A stretch of 64,000 nt of DNA from Candidatus Poriferihabitaceae bacterium (lineage in GTDB: Bacteria; Pseudomonadota; Gammaproteobacteria; Arenicellales; Poriferihabitantaceae), in contig OZ241969.1 of NCBI GenBank assembly GCA_965204165.1, positions 888,735 to 952,734 on the forward strand. Direction: 5' to 3'. Both the position numbers and the translations under genes were made by a program. The notes beneath the pieces are model-generated. The model made no database searches. It was not told where the DNA came from and saw only the letters and a program-made list of their open reading frames with translations. Below are positions 1 to 8,500 of this stretch, in pieces; within the stretch, counting starts at the first letter, position 1; the number at the start of each line of letters is the position of its first letter.

Positions 1-235
1 AGGCGGGCGGCAGAATATGAACCCGGTGGCCCAGCTGGCGGATCTCACGTGCCCAGTGGTGGGCCCCGCCGCAGGCCTCCAACGCAACCAGGCAGGGGGG
101 CTGCTTGCCCAGAAAGTACAGCAGCTTCCCCCGCGTGACCCGCTTGCGGAATGCCACCGAGCCGTCCTGGTAGGCCCCGTGGAGCTGGAATAGATTCTTT
201 GCCAGGTCAATACCGATGATGCTAATCTTTTTCAT
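1..235 (-). CDS. IS110-family transposase, N-terminal fragment (continues past window start)
   Basis: Absent from the ORF track because it runs off the edge. Reverse translation from ATG (cat 233-235) gives MKKISIIGIDLAKNLFQLHG...CLVALEACGGAHHWAREIRQLGH. This is the GIDxxK...EACG N-terminal signature also present in the complete gene at 45079-46152. Confidence 0.8.
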   Translation of the reverse strand, partial: MKKISIIGIDLAKNLFQLHGAYQDGSVAFRKRVTRGKLLYFLGKQPPCLVALEACGGAHHWAREIRQLGHRVHILPPA

Positions 236-687
236 GGATGTCGTCTCTCGTTGAAGGAGTGTTCAATGCCAGCCTGCTGGCACCTGCTTCACTATGAAGC
301 AGTAGAGAGGCGGCGTCCATTCCATCGCACAAGCGACCGCAGGGAGCGCGGAGCCACGGTCGCGTGGCGCGCCGGCCCTAGGCGAAGCCGTTGTCCCTGG
401 AGGCGCGGCCGGAACGGAGCGCAGCGCAGTGGAGGACCCCGCAGGGGTTGGCAATCGAGCACGGGGGTATCATGGGAATACGTAGGGAGTAGTACTGTCC
501 CCCCCAATCGGGTCGCGTCAGGCGTACAACGAGGAGAGCCGAGTGAAACGCCGTGGGTGCATGGACAGCACCAGCGACCAACAAGCCGCGCCGAAGGCGC
601 ACCATGTGGGCAGGACGCCCACCGGGCGGTGGGTGAATGGGGAAAGCGGTGGGAAGGGGACTGGCATTGCGGTGCTGGCCATGGCCA

Positions 688-921
688 TCAGAATCGCCAC
701 CCCTGTAGCGGGTGCGAGCGGAGCCGGTGCCTGATGGACTGGTGGACCTTGCTGCGATCATCGCAGCGCAGCCAACCCCGGCCGTCCTCGCTGAGAAGTA
801 TCAGATAGAACGGCTTCCCCGTGATCGGATCCTCATGGCGGTACAGGTCGCCGACGGCCTCGCCGTCGTAACGGATGATGGCTTCGTCGTCGCCGGTTTT
901 CTGGAAGGTGATTCGGGGCAT
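688..921 (-). CDS. hypothetical protein (77 aa)
   Basis: Internal Met of ORF 688..1014 (MPRITFQKTGDDEAIIRYDGEAVGDLY...) preceded by a GGAGAG Shine-Dalgarno sequence (SD). Lies just downstream of ssb on the same strand. No family recognised. Confidence 0.5.
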   Translation of the reverse strand: MPRITFQKTGDDEAIIRYDGEAVGDLYRHEDPITGKPFYLILLSEDGRGWLRCDDRSKVHQSIRHRLRSHPLQGWRF

Positions 922-1126
922 GGTTCTCTCCGGTCGGTGTGCTGGTTGACGTGACGCGCGAAGGCCCTCTCTCCGGCCGCCGCGCGGTTCACCACCCGCC
1001 CCCCTGACCTTCACTCGATGATCATGCGAGCAGGCGCGGCGAAGCCGGCCGTTGGGGTGGCTGCAAGAAAAAAGCCGCAGCCCCTGGGGACTGCGGCTGA
1101 AGCGGAGGAGACGGCGACGCGGATCG

Positions 1127-1576
1127 CTAAAACGGTATCGGATCGTCGAAATCCGTCATGTTCTCCCGGCCGCCGCCCTGGGGAGCGGCCGGTGCGTCCG
1201 CCGGGGCCTCGGCGGGCTGCGCCTTGGCGCCGGGCCTGTCCAGGAATTGAATCCTGGAACCGGGCACGAGCATGATCTCCGTGGAGAACCGGTCGGCGTC
1301 CTCGCCGTCCTTACGCCACCGGCGGGTCTGGAGCTTGCCGTCGACGTAGACCAGGCGGCCCTTCTTCGCGTGCTTCTCCAGCATGGTGATGAGGCCGTCC
1401 TGAAAGGTGACCAGGCGGTGCCACTCCGTGCGGTCGACCCGCTCCCCGTCCCGGATGTAGGACTCGTCGGTGGCGATGCTGAGGTTGGCGACGCGTCCGC
1501 CGGACGCGAGGTGGTTGACGGTGACGTCCTGTCCGATGCGGCCGATCAATGAGGCCTTGTTGAGTCCGAAAGGCAT
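1127..1576 (-). CDS. ssb: single-stranded DNA-binding protein
   Basis: MPFGLNKASLIGRIGQDVTVNHLASGGRVANLSIATDESY...HRLVTFQDGL...LQTRRWRKDGED..., with the acidic tail DFDDPIPF. GGAGG SD sits 7 nt upstream of ATG (cat 1574-1576). Confidence 0.95.
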   Translation of the reverse strand: MPFGLNKASLIGRIGQDVTVNHLASGGRVANLSIATDESYIRDGERVDRTEWHRLVTFQDGLITMLEKHAKKGRLVYVDGKLQTRRWRKDGEDADRFSTEIMLVPGSRIQFLDRPGAKAQPAEAPADAPAAPQGGGRENMTDFDDPIPF

Positions 1577-1721
1577 ATGTACCTCCTGAGGTAACGTTGG
1601 TTGATGAAACGGAAAAAACGGATAAAACGGAAAAACGATGGAACGAACCCCCGGGGGTCCGGGTTCTTCTTTCTCCCGGCCCCCCTTCGGTTCACCTTCT
1701 CCAGACCCCTCTTTCCCTCCG

Positions 1722-1889
1722 TCAGCCTTCGGGACGAAGGTCGAGGGCCGGCTCAGAGGAAACGTCGTCGAGGATCTCCCGGACAACCTGGCTGTCCAGG
1801 CCGATCTCGCCGAGCAGCTGGTCGGGGCTGGTGGGGATTTCGGATGCTTCGGGCATTTCGGAATTGCCCCCGATTTCGCGGATGTGCAT
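1722..1889 (-). CDS. small acidic hypothetical protein (55 aa) upstream of ssb
   Basis: MHIREIGGNSEMPEASEIPTSPDQLLGEIGLDSQVVREILDD..., with a GGGAGA SD. A diverged homologue sits in the same position beside the second ssb (63299-63433). Confidence 0.45.
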   Translation of the reverse strand: MHIREIGGNSEMPEASEIPTSPDQLLGEIGLDSQVVREILDDVSSEPALDLRPEG

Positions 1890-2543
1890 GATGGTTCTCC
1901 CGTGTCGGGTTGATGGAAAGTTCGATGAACCCCGGGGAGGCGGCCGGAGCCGAACTCCCTCCCGCCTACCCGGGTTCACTCTTTCCGTCTCTGCCCTCCG
2001 ACTCCGGAACGGGGCCTGGAAGGGCGGACAGGGGCGTGGGGAGCCAGGGTGGGGGGCCGGGCCGGAAAAAGCCGCTGCGGGGCCGTCAGGGGCTGCTGCC
2101 GACGGATGCGGGTGGGTTTCCGTTTCGGCGCAGACCGGCGCGGGCTCCGTCCCCGGCGCATCGCGTCCGGCGAGCCGTGGTCCCCGCCGGTTCCATGACC
2201 CCCGCCCGGCTGCCGCCCGTGCCACCGGGAGCGCCTTCCGTGGCCGCGTCCGTGTATACTGGCCCGGCACGCGCTCCCCCCTCCGTATCGGGTGAAATGC
2301 AGCCTGGCACTGCCCGATAGGGGGCGCGTGCTTCTTCCGGATTCTTCCGGGTTCTGCCGGACCGTTGATGATCATCCGCCGCCGCGGCCCACTCCACCGG
2401 GGCAGACGCCGGCGGGCCGGCAGCCGGCCGTCCGTGAAACAGGGGGCGGTGGCCCGGCGGTTACGGACATGGCCGTGCTGGATACGGGCCGGCGGTACGT
2501 ACCGCCGGCGGTCCCCCGGCTGGCTGCGGAGCCGATGGAGATG

Positions 2544-3566
2544 TCATGACCAGCCCACCGACCCCGCCAGCGGGTGGTTCTCGGCGACGACCTCGAAGCG
2601 CCCCGGGGGGAGCTTGAGAAACGCGGCGCCGGCGTCCGCGTCGGCCCGGCTGTCGAAGGGCCCGTGCTCTTCCCCGGTGTCCAGGTCCACCACGGTGTAT
2701 TCGGGTTCCCAGGCGGGCATCCCGCGGAAGTGTGCGGAGCGGGTGTAACTTTTTTCTGCGCAGGGAACACAGCGCGATGCTCCATTGCTGGGAGCTCCGC
2801 AATCGGTACAAATCCCGGCCCGGCGCCTTTCCATGTAGCGACGTCTGGAAGCGGCGTTTTTCCGTTCCTGCCGCCCGCTGTCCGCCTCCACGGCGGCGCA
2901 GGTGAAGCAAAGGGCGGCGCCGTCGAAGGTCGAGGCGGCACCGCAACGGACACAACATCCCGTAGACCGCCTTTTGGCGTATTTCGCCCGTTCACGCTCC
3001 TGCCTCCTGGTCCTGCACGGGGTGCACGTGGACCCGCCTTCGGCAGGTTCGGCCTTGCCGCATCTGCTGCACTTGCCGGCTTCGAGCCAGGCGAGCCGCT
3101 TGCGCTCGCTGCGGACCCTGGCGGACCGCCGGCGTGACTCGGCCGGCCGACCGCCGTATGGCTTCCCCAGCGCCTTGCCCCTGGCGTATCTCGCCCGGGA
3201 AAGTTCCCGGGTCTGTTCGTTGCAGCCGTCGCAGAGCCTCCGGCCGGGAGCGGGCGGGGCGTTGCCGCAGCGAGGGCAGATCCCGGCGGCGATCCGGGTT
3301 TCCACCTTCTTGCGGTAGTGCCGCCGTCCGGCTTCCCGGGCCCTGGCCGGATCGCGCCGGGGTTTACCCTCGGCCTTCAGCCGGGCGCTCCGTTCCTTCT
3401 CGCGCGCGCGTCTTTTCCCGGCACAGGGCTCGCAGTTCGTGCGGCCGGGCGCCGGCGAAACCAGTCCGCATGACAAGCATCGGCCGGCTGCTCTCCTCTC
3501 TGCCATGCGTTCCTGGAACCGTTCCCGATTCCGCCGCTTGCCGACTTCTGGGTCGGAATATGCCAC
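2544..3566 (-). CDS. hypothetical protein with five tandem CxxC...CxxC zinc-ribbon repeats
   Basis: 340-aa ORF. Five repeats of a basic helix followed by AG-x-C-x2-CG-x8-11-C-x2-C (e.g. AAGRCLSCG...NCEPC, AAGICPRCG...LCDGC, EAGKCSRCG...TCTPC). Confidence 0.6.
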   Translation of the reverse strand: MAYSDPEVGKRRNRERFQERMAERRAAGRCLSCGLVSPAPGRTNCEPCAGKRRAREKERSARLKAEGKPRRDPARAREAGRRHYRKKVETRIAAGICPRCGNAPPAPGRRLCDGCNEQTRELSRARYARGKALGKPYGGRPAESRRRSARVRSERKRLAWLEAGKCSRCGKAEPAEGGSTCTPCRTRRQERERAKYAKRRSTGCCVRCGAASTFDGAALCFTCAAVEADSGRQERKNAASRRRYMERRRAGICTDCGAPSNGASRCVPCAEKSYTRSAHFRGMPAWEPEYTVVDLDTGEEHGPFDSRADADAGAAFLKLPPGRFEVVAENHPLAGSVGWS

Positions 3567-3575
3567 GGTACCCGC

Positions 3576-3899
3576 TCAGCCCTTGAGGCGCCGGTCGTAG
3601 CCGATGCCGCTGGCGCGGATGCCCCAGGCCTGCATGCCGCAGTCCCGCCGCTCGATCCCGGTCGCGATGATGATCTCGTCCCGTCCCGGGCAGAGTTCCC
3701 GGACCTTGTCCAGGGTCATGATCGAGGGCCGGGGCCTGCCCTTGCCGGTGGAGCCCTCGGGATGGACGGGGACGATGTCGCCGTCGGCCCGGGAACGGAA
3801 ATGGGTGACCGCGTAGCGGATGTCGGCGAGGCCGCCGCCGAGTAGGTGGACGAGGAATGTCCGCGCGCCCTGGCCGGGCGCCCTGATGGAGTCGTGCAT
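3576..3899 (-). CDS. hypothetical protein (107 aa)
   Basis: Internal Met (MHDSIRAPGQGARTFLVHLLGGGLADIRY...) of ORF 3576..3998. Ends 10 nt before the zinc-ribbon gene start. Family not recognised. Confidence 0.45.
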   Translation of the reverse strand: MHDSIRAPGQGARTFLVHLLGGGLADIRYAVTHFRSRADGDIVPVHPEGSTGKGRPRPSIMTLDKVRELCPGRDEIIIATGIERRDCGMQAWGIRASGIGYDRRLKG

Positions 3900-4448
3900 G
3901 GTGATGAACCTCCTGCTGGGAATGGAAAATTGGAAGCGGGAAGCACGCGGCATGGAGGAAAAGCCGGAGGATTCTCCCTCCGGCCCCCCGCGCGCCAACC
4001 CGCTTCCGGCCTGCCCCGCCTCTTCGTGCCGCCGCCCGAAATCGCGGCTTGAAAAAGGCGGTTGCGCGGCAGGGAATCAGGGTGGATCGCAGCAGGAGCG
4101 GAAACGAATGGGGGGTGCCTCAACCGCGACCGGGCAGGCATTGCCGCGGGCAGGATCGAGGCATGTGCCGGACGGTATTAATGACCCTGGGAATCCCGGG
4201 CTCGGGGGCGCCGCTTGTCCCGCTGCCCGATCTGTTGCAATTCCTTGATCGGCATCACGGCGGACGCGGTTCCGCCGACCCGCCACGGGCTTTCCCCGAC
4301 CCGGGCTTTTGTGGCAAAGCAGGGGCAATCGTGATAATACTTCCCGGATCATCATTGATCTTCCACGTCAGCACCACGGTTATGGAGCACAACACCCCGC
4401 TTCCGGACGGCCTGGGCAACTTCTGACGGGCCGCCCACGATTTCAGCG

Positions 4449-4805
4449 ATGTCGGCAGACCCGTTCATGATCCGATGCTCGCGCGCTGTTTTCACGAAAG
4501 TGGAAATCAGGGTACTCGAGGACCATGGCGGGCGGCTCGAACGGCTCGCCGACGGACGCCAACTGCCCGTCAACGAAGCGGGGAAGCGTTTCGTGGAGGC
4601 TGTCAACGGCACACGCGAGGCCGAGACGATCTACGAGAGAACCTGGCTGAAGTACCAGTGGCGTCTGGAATGGGAGCGGGACCCCGCCAACCGCGATGCC
4701 ATGGGCCCGCCCCGCAAGATGCACGATGATCGGGAAGACTGGAAGCGCATGAGGTCCGCCAACTGGGGGGAGATGGCACGTCGGGCCAGGGGCCTGGACG
4801 ACTGA
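4449..4805 (+). CDS. DUF413 / MaoP(YifE)-like protein
   Basis: FTKVEIRVLEDHGGRLERLADGRQLPVNEAGKRFVEAVNGTREAETIYERTWLKY parallels the E. coli YifE core FTIKEAQLLERHG...[31 protein letters not shown] (recalled from memory). The start could instead be ATG 4467. Confidence 0.6.
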   Translation: MSADPFMIRCSRAVFTKVEIRVLEDHGGRLERLADGRQLPVNEAGKRFVEAVNGTREAETIYERTWLKYQWRLEWERDPANRDAMGPPRKMHDDREDWKRMRSANWGEMARRARGLDD

Positions 4806-5524
4806 AACGCCAGACATGCCGGCAACGCCGGAGGCCCTTGGGTCCATTGGAATCCCGGATCCGGACAGCGCCTGCAAAACCGTGTCCGGGGCACGTTGAA
4901 TTATTCAACCATATCGCCCGGGAATCGAACGGATTCTCGGAAAACCTGACGATTCGCTGACAGCGTCTGCCCCCGTGTTGTGTGAGCGTGGTTGCTATTC
5001 GATTACCGGTTTCCTGGGGATTCAAGGAGAGGCGGGGCAAGGCTGCGCATGCTCATGGATTTTTACCGCGATCACGTGATGCCAAATCAGCAATTCCCCC
5101 GCACCGAAATTGACGGCGATGCACGCCATCCGGTGCACGTCGAAAAGGATGGTTCCTGCCGGTTCCCGCCCACGAAACCCTCACAATCCGGGCCGGAACA
5201 AACACGATGAACTCACAGTCTTTTGGTTAACATCCGGTTATCCGTGGCGCCGCCCCGTCACCGCCATGGCGGATTGCGGGAACGGCGCTGCCGAAGTTCC
5301 CGTGCCGCGCGGCCCGGGTTCAATAGAATGAAGTGCTGATGCTGATGCTGATGCCTGCAACCTCCACACCGGGAGAAACCCGAATGACGGATCCAATGCA
5401 AGAAGAACGCGCCCGGGAACCGGGCTCCATGGCCGCGAGCCACCCGGCCCTGGCGGTGGTTTCCGCCGTCCCGGAAGACGGGAAGAATGAATCCGCGGGA
5501 ATTCTCCGGAGAAGCAGGAAAGAG

Positions 5525-5552
5525 TTGACAGCGCGGCCGGGGCCGATAAAAT
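5525..5552 (+). promoter_or_regulatory. sigma70-like promoter TTGACA-N16-TAAAAT (copy 1)
   Basis: TTGACA at 5525-5530 and TAAAAT at 5547-5552. The identical motif and spacing are conserved at 32883-32910. It stands out in GC-rich DNA. Confidence 0.55.
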
Positions 5553-5555
5553 GCC

Positions 5556-8500
5556 TTGCCAGCGGCCAGCGGCCAGCGGCCAGCGGCCAGCGGCCAGCGG
5601 CCAGCGGCCAGCGGCCAGCGGCCAGCGGCCAGCGGCCAGCGGCCAGCGGCCCGAACTGCGTCTCCCGGCGACCGGCTTCCTCGACTAGGCTCCCCGCGCA
5701 GGCCTGACGCCCGCACCGGGCGTTCCCGCGCCCGCCGCCTCTCCCTCCTCCTTCCCGTCCTGGCGCTGCTGGCCGGGGCGTTTTTTCTGTTCGTCCCCGT
5801 GTCCAGCGCTGTGGCGAACCATAAGTTTCCGGTGCCGTCAAATATCCAAGTAACTGGTGGGAACGCGAGCGTCACGATTAGCTGGGATGCGGTTCCGAAC
5901 GCTGGCAATTACTTCATTGAAGGGCGGCAAGAGGGGGTGACCAACACCATTTCGGAGACGATTCCTGCTACATCTCAAACTTGGGGTCCGAGCGACGTTT
6001 GGCCAACAGGAAATGGCAATCAAGCGCTCGGAACTAGAAACGGCGTGACGTATCAGATGCGAGTTCGCGTGCTTTCGAACGGCGCCCACAGTTTTAGCGA
6101 GTGGTCGCAATGGTTCGATTTCACGCCAGCGCCCCTACCGCCCCCGTCGACCCCCCCGGCCTCACCCACGAACCTGCGCGTCTCCCCGGGCAACGGCAAG
6201 CTGAGCCTCACCTGGACCGCGCGACGACAGTACTTGGACGCGGTGACGGGCTACGACGTTCACTACACCTCGCTTTCGGCGGGCTATGCCCCCGACACGT
6301 GGCCGGCCTTGGACGAGTCCGAGTTCTATCGCTACCGCCCCGGCAATGGCTGGGTGGCGGTCTCGCGCACTGGCGATACGGCCTCGCAGGCGATTTCCGG
6401 CCTCACCCCCGGCACCGCCTACCGGGTGCGGGTGCGCGCGAAGAACCGTGTCGGCGTCAGCGACTGGGTGGTCATCAAGGGCACGCCGTCGGGCACGGCG
6501 CCCGGGGTGGTCGTCCCCGCGCTGGCCTCCGCAGACGTTCTGGTGAGCAACATTGGGCAGACGACGCGCTCCGGGGCCAGCGGCCTACGCACCTTCGTGA
6601 CCGGTCAGACATTCACCACCGGCGGTCCCGCTCCGGGTTACTTCTTGCAGAGCATTGAGGTGCTGATGAATTTCAACTTCAGCAGTCTCACCTCTGCTCA
6701 GCGATCAAAGATCAGGGCGGAGTTGTGGTCCGCCGACAGCAACGGGAAGCCATCTGCCAAACTTTATGACTTGGTGTTGCCGACGAACTTCAAGACCGGC
6801 ATCAACGCATTCGCGGCGCCACCGAATGCCAAGCTGAACGCCAATACGGCCTATTCCGTAGTCTGGTACACGATTGACTCAGCGTTTGCGGGTCTGTCAG
6901 TTAGGGGAACGAACTCACACGGCCACGACACCTCCGGATCGGGCTGGAGCATTGCCGACGACGGCTTTTACAAGACGGCAAATACGCCAGCTGGGGGAGG
7001 ATATCTCACTGGCTTCCGCCTGAAAATCCGCGTCAACGGCACGTTGGTGCCCAACACGGTCTCGCTCTCGGCCTCTCCGAACCCGGTGCGGGAGGGATCG
7101 CCGGTCACGGTGACGGCGACGCTGGGAGGACCGCTGAGCGAGGATGTGAGTATCCCGATCGCGACAGCGAGCGTCGCGAACGAAATCACGATCCCGAAAG
7201 GACAAACGACCGGAACCTACGTACACACGGCGGGAGACGCACCCGACGGCGAAATCAAGCGCGAACAGATGGTGGTCCTCAATCGGCTCCTGAAGCAGAT
7301 GAGACCGGCAATCGGGCTCGGCGACCCGTACCTGGTCAACGTGCAGGTCCTCGACGAGAATGCCGACCCGCCCAGGGTGTCGGTGTCGGACGCCAAGGGC
7401 TGGGAGCAGCTCAACAACTACGGGAGGCTGTGCTTCGAGTTCACGCTGGACCGCGCGGCGTCGCATGAGGTCTCGGTGAACTACTGGACCGAGGACGGCA
7501 CGGCGAAGGCGGGGCAGGACTACACGGGGAAAAGCCCCTTGTCGCTCGGCTTCGCGCCCGGCGAGACGCGCAAGAGCAGGTGCATCAGCATCATCGACGA
7601 CGGTGTCGAGGATTCGGGCGAGACGTTCTACGTGGTGCTGGGCAATCCGCCGGAGGGCGCGATCCTGGGCAGGGACCGGGGGACCGGGACGATCTACAAC
7701 CACGAGCCGACGAGTCTTTCCGGCCTGACGGCGGAGGGCGCGTCCGGCGAGGACGGGCCGTTCACGGCGCTGGACATCGGCACGTTCGCGCCGGCCACGA
7801 CGGCCTACACGGCGACGGTCCCGCACGGGACGACGCATGTGCGGCTGGTGCCGGCATCGGCGACGAACCGATACCTCCAGCTCATGACCGGCCTCGAGGG
7901 GGCAAGAATGACGCAGGTGGCCTTCGGCGGCGGGACCGGACCGGCGGTTGCGCTGGCGGTCGGCGAGAACGTGCTGGTCGTGAAGACGCAGTTCAACGGC
8001 CAGCGTCAGACCTACCGGGTGACGGTAACGCGCCAGGAGGCCCCCGCCGCGGTCGCGGTGTCGCTCTCGGCCACCCCGAACCCGGTGGCCGAGGGCGCAG
8101 CCGTCACGGTGACGGCGACGCTGGCGGAAGCGCTGGACGAGGCGGTGACGGTGCCGCTGACGGTGACCCGGGGCACGTCGGAGGACGGGGACCACGGGTC
8201 GCTCGCGTCTATCACGATTCCCGTGGGCGGCACGTCGGCCACGGGCACGATCTCCACGACCGATGACGCGGACGGGGACGACGAGACGTTCACGGTGGCG
8301 CTGGGCAGCCTGCCTTCGGGCCTGGCCGCGGGCAGCGCGTCCTCGGTGGAGGTGACGATCACGGACAGCGGGGTGCAGGAGCAGCAACAGCAGCAGCAGC
8401 GCACGGCGCCGCTGACGCTGAGCGGGCTGTCGGGGAGCACGAGCACGGACGGCTCGGACTTCGGCGGCACGCTGGACATCGGCACGTTCGCGCCGGGCAC

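Noticed and set aside
2489-2508. Perfect 20-bp palindrome CCGGCGGTACGTACCGCCGG just downstream of the zinc-ribbon gene stop.
   Set aside because: It could be a terminator stem or a protein-binding site. There is no U tract and no second copy, so it was not called as a feature.
4905-4950. tRNA-like T-loop motif (TTCGATTCCCGG on the minus strand), which could have marked an integration site.
   Set aside because: I could not build the T-stem pairing or the rest of a cloverleaf around it. It is probably coincidental or a small remnant.
5558-5651. Possibility that the regular repeats at 5558-5651 and 32916-33029 are CRISPR arrays.
   Set aside because: The units are 7 nt and contiguous with no spacers. 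No cas genes are nearby.
5258-5908. Minus-strand ORFs translating the heptanucleotide tract as (WPLAAGR)n, with the equivalents at 32578-33312.
   Set aside because: They are open only because the repeat lacks stops in every frame. There is no start context or SD, and the flanking sequence is a low-complexity artefact.
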